A DNA stretch of 64,000 nt from Mobula hypostoma (taxonomy: Eukaryota). The first letter of the stretch is position 1, and each line of letters opens with the position of its first letter. The notes below the pieces were generated by a model. The model made no database searches. It saw only the letters and a program-made list of their open reading frames with translations, and had not been told where the DNA came from. Made by a program: the position numbers and the translations under genes. This document shows, in pieces, positions 52,680 to 64,000 of this stretch. Location of the stretch: the NCBI RefSeq assembly GCF_963921235.1, contig NC_086108.1, forward strand, positions 101,248,001 to 101,312,000, in the 5' to 3' direction.

Positions 52680-54878
52680 ACATAGAACAGTACAGCACAG
52701 TACAGGCCCTTCGGCCCACAATGTTGTGCCGACCCTCAAACCCTGCCTCCCATATAATCCCCCACCTTAAATTCCTTCATATACCTGTCCAGTAGTCTCT
52801 TAAACTTCACTAGTGTATCTGCCTCCACCACTGACTCAGGCAGTGCATTCCACGCACCAACCACTCGCTGAGTAAAAAAACTTCCTCTAATATCCCCCTT
52901 AAACTTCCCACCCCTTACCTTAAAGCCATGTCCTCTTGTATTGAGCAGTGGTGCCCTGGGGAAGAGGCGCTGGCTATCCACTCTATCTGTTCCTCTTATT
53001 ATCTTGTACACCTCTATCATGTCTCCTCTCATCCTCCTTCTCTCCAAAGAGTAAAGCCCTAGCTCCCTTAATCTCTAATCATAATGCATACTCTCTAAAC
53101 CAGGCAGCATCCTGGTAGATCTCCTCTGTGCCCTTTCCAATGCTTCCACATCCTTCCTATAGTGAGGCGACCAGAACTGGATACAGTACTCCAAGTGTGG
53201 CCTAGAGTTTTATAGAGCTGCATCATTACATCGCAACTCTTAAACTCTATCCCTCGACTTATGAAAGCTAACACCCCATAAGCTTTCTTAACTACCCTAT
53301 CCACCTGTGAGGCAACTTTCAGGGATCTGTGGACATGTACCCCCAGATCCCTCTGCACCTCCACACTACCAAGTATCCTGCCATTTACTTTGTACTCTGC
53401 CTTGGAGTTTGTCCTTCCAAAGTGTACCACCTCACACTTCTCTGGGTTGAACTCCATCTGCCACTTCTCAGCCCACTTCTGCATCCTATCAATGTCTCTC
53501 TGCAATATTTGATAATCCTTTACACTATCTACAACACCACCAACCTTTGTATCGTCTGCAAACTTGCCAACCCACCCTTCTACCCCCATATCCAGGTCGT
53601 TAATAAAAATCACGAAAAGTAGAGGTCCCAGAACAGATCCTTGTGGGACACGACTAGTCACAATCCTCCAATCTGAATATACTCCCTCCACCACAACCCT
53701 CTGCCTTCTGCAGGCAAGCCAATTCTGAATCCACCTTGCCAAACTTCCCTGGATCCCATGCCTTCTGACTTTCTGAATAAGCCTACCGTGTGGAACCTTG
53801 TCAAATGCCTTAATAAATCCATATAGATCACATCCACTGCACTACCCTCATCTTCATGCCTGCTCATCTCCTCAAAGAACTCTATCAGGCTTGTTAGACA
53901 CGATCTGCCCTTCACAAAGCCATGCTGACTGTCCCTGATCAGACCATGATTCTCTAAATGCCCATAGATCCTATCTCTAAGAATCTTTTCCAACAAATTT
54001 CCCACCACAGACGTAAGGCTCACTGGTCTATAATTACCCTGACTACCCCTACTACCTTTTTTGAACAAGGGGACAACATTTGCCTCCCTCCAATCCTCCG
54101 GTACCATTCCCGTGGACATAAAGATCCTAGCCAGAGGTTCAGCAATCTCTTCCCTCTCCTCGTGGAGCAGCCTGGGGGATAATCCGTCAGGCCCCGGGGA
54201 CTTATCCGTCCTAATGTATTTTAACAAGTCCAACACCTCCTCTCCCTTAATATCAACATGCTTCAGAACATCAACCACACTCATATTGTCCTCACCATCA
54301 TCAAGTTCCCTCTCATTGGTGAATACCGAAGAGAAGTATTCATTGAGGATCTCGCTCACTTCCACAGCCTCCAGGCACATCTTCCCACCTTTATCTCTAA
54401 TCGGTCCTACCTTCACTCCTGTCATCCTTTTTTTCTTCGCATGATTGAAGAATGCCTTGGGGTTTTCCTTTACCCTACTTGCCAAGGCCTTCTCATGCCC
54501 CCTTCTTGCTTTTCTCAGCCCCTTCTTAAGCTCCTTTCTTGCTTCCCTATATTCCTCAGTAGACCCATTTGATCCCTGCTTCCTAAACCTCATGTATGCT
54601 GCCTTCTTCCACCTGACTAGATTTTCCACCTCACTTGTCACCCATGGTTCCTTCACCCTATCATTCTTTATCTTCCTCACCGGGACAAATTTATCCCTAA
54701 CATCCTGCAAGAGATCTCTAAACATCGACCACATGTCCATAGTGCATTTCCCTGCAAAAACATCATCCCAATTCACACCCACAAGTTCTAGCCTTATAAC
54801 CTCATAATTTGCCTTTCCCCAATTAAAATTTTTCCTGTCCTCTCTGATTCTATCCTTTTCCATGATAATGCCAAAGGC
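52680..54878 (-). mobile_element. CR1 LINE, 5'-truncated, same subfamily as 36190-40039
   Basis: ORFs 53658-54863, 53095-53742 and 52736-53047 near-identical to 36488-38089; intact 3' tail. Confidence 0.95.
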
Positions 54879-55484
54879 TAAATATCAGAGAGAAAATGTC
54901 AGAATAAATATCATTGAGCTTGTGTCCCTTCTGCCCGCTATTCCCCAATAGCAACATGACCTTGGGGAGAGGGCTGTCAGAGTGACCTTGCCCCTCACTC
55001 TGTGAGGAAGCAATGAACTTCGACTCTCCACATCTCCCACAATATTGGAAGAAAATGAGGGCTGGAGTCATCCTTGGCTCAGCCATGGTTCACTCTATAT
55101 AATCTGTGTTCTGGAGAAAATATCTTTCACATCTTCCCTTTCTTCACCACTCTTCCATTGTGCAGAAGATAGAAAATCCTGAAAGTATGTACCAGCAGGC
55201 TCAAGACATCTTCAACCCTGCTGTTGTGAGATTATTAAATGATTACCTGATACGATAAGATGGACTTTTGTCCTCGAAGTCTACGGCATTATTTTGCACC
55301 TTTTGTCCCCCTGCAATGCACTTTCTCTGCAACTGTTACACTTTATTATCATTTTACCTTGTTCTATCTTGATGCACTGTATAATGAATTGAGCTATATG
55401 AACAAGGTTTTCAATGTACCTCAGCACATGTGACAAGAATAAACCAATCCCAATTCCAATTCTAGTTTCTTTCCTTCTATGTAG

Positions 55485-55712
55485 GTGTTATTCACCTAAA
55501 TCCACCAAAGCCTCGAGTTAGTAAAGAAAATTCTTCAGCTCAAATAGGAATCTTCAGCAGGGTGAAATCAGGAGGAGCACTTTCAATTCCCCCTGGTGCA
55601 CCTACCATCAACTTTCCACCGTGCAAAGTCACAGACCTTCAAGCAACAATAAATAGAGACAAAATTGAGCTGCAGTGGACAGCACCAGGAGCAGACATGG
55701 ATCAAGGAACAG
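55485..55712 (+). CDS. CLCA: CLCA-family exon H (start of FnIII)
   Basis: atgtag|GT acceptor, G|gtaagt donor, 228 nt, phase 1-1. Encodes (G)VIHLNPPKPRVSK...FSRVKSGG...FPPCKVTDLQA...LQWTAPGADMDQGT. Confidence 0.95.
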
Positions 55713-55889
55713 GTAAGTGTTCCTTCATTTTAATAATTTACATGGAATTTTTCTTCCCAGCAATGAAGTGATCAGATAGTTGAGAAATCTGCTGACCAGC
55801 TGAGGTTTGACACAATGAAAACACATTCCCCAGGATGAAAGAACAAGAACAAATAAAGGATGTGACTCTGGTGAATTACTTAAAAAAAT

Positions 55890-56130
55890 ATTTAGAGGTA
55901 CATCACAGTACAGGTCCTTCTACCCCAACAAGGCTGTGCTTCCCATTTATTCACATGTGACCAATTAACCTCCTAATCCATACATTTTTGGAGTGTAGTA
56001 AGAAACCAGAGCACCCGGAGGAAACCCACGCGGTTATGGGCAGAACATACAAACACCTTACAGAGAGCAGTGGAATTGAACCCAGTCACTGGATTGTAAT
56101 AGCATTACACTCATCACTACATTACTGAGC
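55890..56130 (-). mobile_element. V-SINE/HE1-like SINE
   Basis: gaaaccagagcacccggaggaaacccacgcgg; B-box-like ggaattgaaccc. Confidence 0.7.
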
Positions 56131-57039
56131 TGGCTGAAACAGTAGAAGAAGTCCTTTGTTAAAGATAAAATATCATTATTTGTGGTTTAAAGATTTATGG
56201 TAATCCCCCTGTAACAGCTGTCACTACTTTACACCTCCTTTACTCTCATCACTTACAATGCTATACTGAAAAAAATGTTTAATGTTACCAAATCACAATT
56301 ATGGATTACATTCCCTGTGGTGAAACATTATTTCAATGGTTACATTTAAGTAGTCTTCAATAACATATTAGTTTAAAGGGTTTTACATATTCACAATGAG
56401 ATAGATTCCAGGTGGGGGAATATAAGTTCTAAATACTTCCCAACTCCTGCTGTTCATACACACAGCTTCAATGTGACAATTTTAGCTGCATATCTGTAGT
56501 GGTCTTTATGGTGGGTTTTACCAACAGCTCCTGACTCAATACCATTTGGTTACTGAAGTATATTTTATGACCATGTTGTGAGCATTGAAAACCACAGTCA
56601 GTCAACGACCACAGGGAATACGATACATGTCTTTCCCTTCCAGTTTCTTTCATACATCTTCACAGCTGTTACTTTTCATGAAACCTTTGTTCCCTCTAAT
56701 CCCAGTTGGGCATTACTCTTTCAATATTTTTATTAATATTATATAAATTGCATAAATACAAATATAAAATTCATAAGGATACAAGTAAGTAATTACAACA
56801 TTTAAATCACAGTAATATGATCACAGTATCCCATATTCTAAATCAATCATGTAGAAAAAAAAGATTGAATTATGACAGATGGGCGTTACAGTTCCAGTCA
56901 ATGTCTGGTACTGAAGATGACAAACTGACTCATTGTCTCTGACCACCAGTGCACACTAACACACACACAGTGGCCCAGGGAGTTAAGGAAGGTACCGTTG
57001 GCCTCTCTTTCTGCTGGAATTGTTACAGGCAGGGAATCC

Positions 57040-57348
57040 TCCCTGTGTTGTGCAGCAGGTAGCCCATCACTTTACAGTGCAAGTGATCACTGATCAAGGT
57101 TCAGTTCCCAGTCCTGCCTGTAAGGATTGTGTATGTATTCCCTGTGACAATGTGGGTTTCCTCCCACATTCCAAAGACATATGATTAGGGTTAGGGAATT
57201 GTGGGCATGTGATTTCGGTGCCCGAAACATGACAAATTTACAGGCTACCCAGCACAATCCTCAGTGATTTGATTTGACACAAATGACATATTTCACTGTA
57301 TGTTTTGGTATTTCAATACACACATGACAAATAAAGCTAATCTAATCT
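57040..57348 (+). mobile_element. V-SINE-like SINE, decayed
   Basis: ggttcagttccc B-box-like, tgtgggtttcctcccacattccaaagac, tail aaataaagctaatctaatct. Confidence 0.6.
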
Positions 57349-57637
57349 GAATATACTGAACTGGAATAGAAATAATTGAACAGATAAGGCTTCAAAATTA
57401 AAATGCATTACATTGTTCTGATCTATAATGACAACTTCACTTGAATGCAAAATATCCTAAGTTGCTTACCAGCACTTGAAAGCCCACGCGAAAAAAGAGT
57501 GCTTTCCGCATGCAGGAGCCACAATCGATTTACCACGTAATTGATCAGCCATATAAGCACTCACCACATTCTCACATCTGTTCAATACCGTTCAATATGT
57601 CAATGCAATCACTCACAGTATTTCCTTTCTTTATCAG

Positions 57638-58011
57638 CCTCCTACTATGAGATGAGAATGAGTGAGAAACTGCTGCAGCTACGGGACAGTTTCTCAGGAG
57701 CTGAACAGGTTAATTTGACAAGTTTGAAACCACAACCATTTGGCTCCAAAGAAACATTTATAATTTCCGCTAATAGTTCAGGACTTAAAAGCACGACCAC
57801 GCTCTATTTCGCTTTATGTGCTTATGATGAAAAGGATCAGTCTTCCAATATGTCTAATGTTGCCAGCGTTTCTTTCTTTGAACCTTTGCCTGACAAACCG
57901 GAAGACAATAAAGTACTACACAGTATTTGGGTTGCAGTAGTCGTGGCAGTTATTGTATGTTTGATTATTGGGATTACTAATTATGTTGTACAGAAGAAAT
58001 GCAAAAAATAA
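57638..58011 (+). CDS. CLCA: CLCA-family terminal coding exon (FnIII end, TM helix, stop)
   Basis: ttatcag|CC acceptor, phase 1. Encodes ASYYEMRMSEKLLQLRDSF...SNMSNVASVS...SIWVAVVVAVIVCLIIGITNYVVQKKCKK*. Confidence 0.93.
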
Positions 58012-58317
58012 AAGGTTGCCGGAAGCAGCAGCTACTTAAATTTACTAATCTGAGGATTACTGTATTCTGAGTCATTATTGCTGCAGATTAGGTTGAAGAT
58101 CAAAGGATTTTTCTGATATTTTCTAAGCTATCTATTGTCATTTCCAGACAATTGGAAGATCTCCTTTGGAAATTCAGTTCAAGCTAATTGCTTAGTCTCT
58201 TGTGCTTGATTGGAAGATTGCTTGCTTTGGATTGGTGACACTGTTTTTGGAGGAGGATGTGGTTTTCTACTGGGGTAGAATCTGTATTGTTGAATAATCT
58301 TGATGTAGCTCTGCACC

Positions 58318-58835
58318 AATAAAAACAATATTTTCTGGAATGGTAGCATTACTTTACTCATTTTTTGATACTACCTTTTAGGAGTTCATAAGGAAGGTCA
58401 TTTTTTGGAGTCTCCTTTATCTCTATATATACCAAGATCTCATACATTGAATGTTCCATCTTTCCCACCAGAAATAGCAATAAATTAGAATTAAATGGAG
58501 CTATTTAACATAACATGATGCATCTATGATATTCAAGAAGAACAGTAAAGTTGGAATTGGAGGCCTAGCAGAAGATGGAGAGGGCAACTGACCACATTTC
58601 TGGTCAGGGAAAATTATTCATAGAACATAGAACAGTACAGCGCAATACAGGCCTTCAGTGCAAGATGTTATGCCAACGCTTTAACCTGCTCCAAGAACAA
58701 TCTATCTCTTCCTTCACCCGGGTTTTATCTTTTCAATTCTTTGACTGTTCAGGAAGTGTCGGAGAAACCCAGAAGGTGAACACACAGGCATTTATTTTCT
58801 AAATTCATGTGCTTGTTGTGAACTGAACCAATAAA
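58318..58835 (+). promoter_or_regulatory. Candidate polyadenylation signals of the CLCA gene
   Basis: AATAAA at 58318, 58479 and 58830, plus one at 58007 overlapping the stop. Which is used cannot be determined from sequence. Confidence 0.4.
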
Positions 58836-59267
58836 GATATTTTTCAGTAAATACACCTTCTCCCTGTGCCTAACTGATCTCTATTGTTGAGGGTTAATAC
58901 CTGTAATATCCTCTAAGGAAACGTTACACATAAATGCATTATTCTCCACATCCTTTCGAATAGAAGGTAGAGTGAGGGAAATAAAAAGGGCTGATTATTT
59001 TACTAGAAGGGAAAAAATGTATTTGAGGCAGAGAAAGCGGTAACACCTGGGAGATTAAGAAGTGCTGGAAGTTTATCTGAAGATATGTGAACTTTGTGTA
59101 CCATATCAGAAATTAATACCTTATGTTTCTGATTCCAAAGGGAGGGATGAAAGAGTAACAGGCAGACAATATGTGTGTAAATTAACTACCCGAGGTACAT
59201 CAGTGATTGAAGGTGGGAAGTAACAATGGCTGATGGAAGTCAGGAAAAGCCAGCTAGAGTAAAACAT

Positions 59268-59630
59268 AAACACAAGAGATTCTATGGATGTGGGAATTTA
59301 GAGGAACACAGTCAAAATGCTGGAGGAATTCATCAGGTCAGGCAGCATCTATGGAGAGGAAGGATTAATGTATCGGGTTGCGATTCTTCATCAGGACTGA
59401 AAAGGAAGGGGCAAGAAGCCAGAATAAGAAGGTGGAGGGTGGGGAAGGAGTACAAGCTGGCAGATGATAGGTGAAGTGAAGGTGAGTGGGTGGGAGAGGT
59501 GATAGGTGGAAAATGTAAAGGACTGAAGAAGAAGGAATCTGATTGGAGAGGAGAGTGGACCATGGGAGAAAGGGAAGGATGGGAAGCCACCAGAGGGTTA
59601 GTGTAGACAAGAACAGGGGTCAGAGAGAAG
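59268..59630 (-). mobile_element. Penelope terminal-repeat fragment with decayed hammerhead
   Basis: Minus strand cagtc-ctgatga-agaatcgcaaccc-gatac; purine-rich tract similar to 62460-62700. Confidence 0.7.
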
Positions 59631-60226
59631 CCAAAAAAATTTATGTGTCCCAGTGGGATGCAGAAGCTGTCTCCTGTTTTTAAAATAACTAGTCAATAGC
59701 TTAACAGAGGGATAGCCAAATTCCTATATATTACTGCAGTAATATATTGGATGCAGATTGAAAACCTAGGCTTGCAAAGTCAGACTGCAAACCAGAGCAT
59801 TGAATTCATACAACCATGAAGAAATTTCAGCTGAGGATATTGTAACATACTTGATTTAATTTTGCTTATAAGGTGATCCACCATCTAATCATCTGGAAAC
59901 AAGTATTGTGATTCTCTGTGCCTGACCTTGTGATACCATGAGCTGTGTCAACATTGGTGTCATCCAATATGATCATCAGTTTTGGCTCATCTGTGTTCAC
60001 TAATGAGTGGAAATATTACAGCTGGTGTAGAATTGTATTGTGGTTATGGAAGGTTTAGCTTGTATAACTGATTCATTATACAAAACTGCTGAAGGGTGAG
60101 CTAAGGCTGATATCTCACATATCTTGGACACAAGATACTTAGCAGATTCTGGACAACCTGAGAAACACACACAGCATGCTGGAGGAAGTCAGCATATCAG
60201 GCTGCATCTACAGAGAGGAATAAAGA

Positions 60227-60263
60227 AGTCCTGATGAAGGGTCTCAGCCTGAAACATTGATTG
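60227..60263 (+). ncRNA. Hammerhead ribozyme motif, partly decayed
   Basis: AGUC-CUGAUGA-AGG gucucag CCU-GAAAC-AUU-GAUU; consensus GUC/GACUG altered in a CpG-decay pattern. Confidence 0.5.
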
Positions 60264-60599
60264 TATATTACTCTCCATCGGGCTTCAGGTAAGAATCCAT
60301 CCCAAAATTTTCATGTAGTAAAACAGGAATAATTTCTTTCGGTGTGCCTGTTTAAATTGTCACATCTGGGCCACACTGGCATGTGTCGTACCAGGGAGCT
60401 TTGATATACTGCCTCCCTTTGTAATGCTTGATATCGTTCATATGGAGGAGACGGTACGACCATAAAACATAGGAGCAGAATTAGCCCATTTGGACTAACA
60501 AATCTGCTCTGCCATTACATCATGACTGATTCATTATCCCTCTCAACCCCATTCTCCTGCCTTCTCCCTGTATCTTTTGACATCCTTACTAATTAATGA

Positions 60600-62140
60600 A
60601 CTATGAACCTTTGATTCCGCTATCTTTAAGAGCTCTATCCATCTCTTTCTTGAAAGCATCCAGAGACTAGGCCTCCACGGCCTTCTGGGGCAGAGCATTC
60701 CATATATCCACCACTCTCTGGGTGAAAAAGTTTTTCCTCAACTCCATTCTAAATGGCCTACCCCTTATTCTTAAACTGTGGCCTCTGGTTCTGGACTCAC
60801 CCAGCAGCAGGAACATGCTTCCTGCCTCCAGTGTGTCCAATCCCTTAATAATCTTATATGTTTCAATGAGATCCCCTCTCAGCCTTCTAAATTCCAGAGT
60901 ATACAAGCCCAGTTGCTCCAATATTTTGACATATGACAGTCCCGCCTTCCCAGGAATTAGCCTTGTGAACCTACGCTACACTCCCTCAATAGCAAGAATG
61001 TCCTTCCTCAAATTTGGAGACCAAAACTGCACACAGTACTCCAGGTGTGGTCTCACCAGGCCCTGTACAGCTGCAGAAGGACCTCTTTGCTCTTATACTC
61101 AATTCCCCCTTGCCATTAGCATGCCATTAGCTTTCTTCACTGCCTGCTGTACTTGCATGCTTGCTTTCAGTGACTGATGTACAAGAACAGCTAGATCTCG
61201 TTGTGCTTCCCCTTTTCCTAACTTGACTCCATTTAGATAATAATCTGCCTTCCTGTTCTTACCACCAAAGTGGATAACCTCACATTTATCCACATTAAAC
61301 TGCATCTGCCATGCATCTGCCCACTCACCCAGCCTGTCCAAGTCACCCTGCATTCTCATAATATCCTCCTCACATTTCACACTGCCACCCAGCTTTGTGT
61401 CATCGGCAAATTTGCTAATGTAACTTTTAATTCCCTCATCTGAATCATTAATAAATATTGTAAACAGCTGCGGTCCCAGCACTGAACCCTGTGGTACCCC
61501 ACTGTCACCGCCTGCCATTTTGAAAGGGCCCCGTTAATTGCTACTCTTTGTTTTCTGTCAGCCAGCTAATTTTCAATCCATGTCAGTACTCTGCCCCCAA
61601 TACCATGTGCCGTAATTTTGCCTACTAATCTCCTATGTGGGACTTTATCAAAGGCTTTCTGAAAGTCCAGGTACATTACATCCACTGGCTCTCCCTTGTC
61701 CATTTTCATAGTTACATCCTCAAAAAATTCCAGAAGATTAGTCAAGCACGATTTCCCCTTCGTAAATCCATGCTGACTTGGCCCAATCCTGTAACTGCTA
61801 TCCAGATGTGTCGTAATTTCATCTTTTATAATTGACTCCAGCATCTTTCCCATCACAGACGTCGGGCTAACTGGTCTATAATTCCCTGTTTTCTCTCTTC
61901 CTCCCTTCTTGAAGAGAGGGACAACATTAGCCACCCCCCAATCCACAGGAACTGATCCTGAATCTATAGAACATTGGAAAATGATTACCAATGTGTCCAC
62001 GATTTCTAAAGCCACCACCTTAAGTACCCTGGGATGCAGACCATCAGGTCCCGGGGACTTATCAGCCTTCAGACCCAACAGCCTATTCAACACCATTTCC
62101 TGTCTAATATAAACTTCCTTCAATTCATCCATTACCCTAG
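60600..62140 (-). mobile_element. CR1 LINE, 5'-truncated
   Basis: RT motifs in ORFs 61566-62132, 61099-61518 and 60667-60921. Confidence 0.93.
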
Positions 62141-62359
62141 AATTTCATGGAATATTGTGATGGGATAAAAGCAGGGGGATAGTGATTGTAGAAGAGGTTG
62201 GGAAATCAGTACCAGCAATTTTGGACTTCAGAGATAGGCAGGTAGTACATCAAAGGTTCTGGTCACAGGTCAGGGAATGGTAAGGGGAAGGGTGAAGCAT
62301 AACGAGGATAAAGAGAAGAGGTTTTCTTATTTTGTCCACCTCCAAGGTTGACACGGATG

Positions 62360-64000
62360 TCTTAAACAACATACACAAAATGCTGGAAGAACTCAGCAGG
62401 CCAGGCAGCATTTGTGCAAAAAAGTTCAGTTGATGTTTCGGGCTGAGAACTTTTGGCAGGACTGGAGAAAAAAGCTGAGGAGTAGATTTAAAAGGTGAGG
62501 GGAGGGGCAAGAGAAACATCAGGTGATAGGTGAAACATGGAGGGGGAGGGATGAAGTAAAAAGCTGGGAATTGATTGGTGACAGAGACAGAAGTCCATGG
62601 AAGAAAGAAAAGGCGGGGGGGGGGCAATGGATGGGCAAGGAGATAAGGTGAGCGAGGGAAAGTGGATGGGAAATGGTGAAGGAGGGGAGATAGGGGGCAT
62701 TACCGGAAGTTTGAGAAATCGATGTTCATGCTATCAAGTTGGAGGCTACCCAATGGAAAATAAGGCATTGTTCCTCCAATCTAAATATTGCCTCATCACA
62801 ACAGTAGAGGAGGCCATGGATGGACATATCGTAATGGGAATGGGAAGTGGAATTAAAAGGGGTGGCCACTGGGAGATCCCACTTGTTCTGGCAGACGAAG
62901 CAAACTCTCAATCTACATTGGGTCTCAGCGACATACAGGAAGCCACACTGGGAGCACTGAACATAGTATATGACCCCAACAAACTCACAGTTGAAGTATT
63001 GCCTCATCTGGAAGGACTGTTTGGAGCCCTGAATGGTAGTGAGGGAGGAGGTGTAGGGGCAAGTGTAGCACTTGTTCCATTTGCAAGGATAAATGCCAGG
63101 AGGGAGATCAGGGGGGAGGGACGAATAGACACGGGAGTCGCGTAGTAAGTGATCCCTGCATAAAGCGGAAAGTGGGGGCAGGGGAGGGAAAGATGTGCTT
63201 GGTGGTGGGATCCCATTGGAGGTGGCGGAAGTTTCAGAGAATTATACGTTGGGTGTAGAAGCTGATAGGGTGGTAGGTGAGGATAAGAGGAACCCTATCC
63301 ATGGTAGGGTGGCGAGAAGATGGGGTAAGAGCTGACGTGTGTGAAATTGAAGAGATGCGATTGAGGGCAGTGTTGATGGTGGAGGAAGGGAAGCCCCTTT
63401 CTTTGAAAAATGACATCTTCTTCATTCTAGAATGTAAACACCTTATCCTGAGAGCAGATGCAGTGGGGACGAAGGAATTGAGAGAAGGGGATGGCGTTTT
63501 TACAAGTAGCAGGGTGGGACAAGGTATAGTCTAGCTAGCTGTGAAAGTCTGTGGTTTGTAATAAACATGAGTGGATAAGCTACCTTCAGACAGAGACAGT
63601 GAGATCAAGAAAGGGAAGGGAGGTGTCGAAAAAACACCAGGTGAATTTGAGGTCAGGGTGAAAGTTGGAGGTAAAGTGGATGAAGTTGACGAGTTCAGCA
63701 CGGGTGCAGGAAGCAGCACCAATGCAGTTGTCGATGTAGTGTAGCAAAAGTGCGGGACAGTCACTAGTGTAGTCTTGGAACATGGACTGTTCCACGTAGC
63801 CGACAAACAGGAAGGCATTGCTGGGACCCATGCAAGTGCCCATTGCTACCCCTTTTGTTTGAATGAATTGGGATAGCCAAAGCAGAAATTATTTAGATTG
63901 AGGACAAGTCTCACTAGGTGGAGGAGAGTGGTGGTGGAGAGGAACTGGTTAGGTCTGGTGTCCAGAAAAATAGATGTCCATATCTGACAGGAGGAGCATT
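62360..64000 (-). mobile_element. Penelope-like element (RT, GIY-YIG endonuclease, 3' terminal repeat), decayed
   Basis: MGTCMGPSNAFLFVGYVEQ...HYIDNC...FHPDLKFT...LPFLDL (PLE RT); VIYYVQCSQCGFLYVAETQCRL (GIY-YIG); terminal segment with decayed hammerhead at 62427-62466. Confidence 0.88.

Noticed and set aside
36190..54878. Segmental duplication between 36190-37970 and 53100-54878
   Set aside because: Similarity is confined to CR1 sequence with different truncation points and unrelated flanks, indicating independent insertions.
57991..58011. C-terminal KKCKK as a di-lysine ER-retrieval signal
   Set aside because: Position -3 is Cys; the canonical KKxx/KxKxx motifs need Lys at -3.
3886..63145. 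Numerous 60-180 aa ORFs antisense to LINE ORFs (e.g. MPPKWITSHL..., MNKGTTFASLQSSG..., 62597-63145)
   Set aside because: These are shadow frames of CR1/Rex1/Penelope sequence that recur with each TE copy; no evidence they are host genes.

Overview
Eukaryotic, repeat-rich genomic DNA; the repeat families suggest a cartilaginous fish, probably a ray (inference). The only host gene found is the 3' two-thirds of a CLCA-family gene (calcium-activated chloride channel regulator) on the + strand. Nine coding exons (11125-58011) have GT-AG boundaries and compatible phases and splice into a 661-aa open frame: end of the Cys-rich region, VWA with intact MIDAS, beta-sheet region, cleavage-site-like motif, FnIII and a C-terminal TM helix. 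The N-terminal metalloprotease exons were not found and probably lie upstream. Almost everything else is transposon-derived: many CR1 LINEs, Rex1/Babar, RTE, L1 3' ends, a near full-length RNase H-bearing I/Nimb-type LINE, nested solo LTRs, a mariner-type MITE, SINEs and a Penelope element. Most notable are (1) a dispersed family of minimal type I hammerhead-ribozyme motifs tied to the Penelope terminus, (2) a tandemly duplicated, stop-containing copy of one CLCA exon, (3) multi-level TE nesting with clear TSDs, and (4) a perfect 41-bp templated inversion. Exon coordinates were read base by base; TE boundaries are approximate unless a TSD is given, and TE family calls rest on motif recognition, not database searches.
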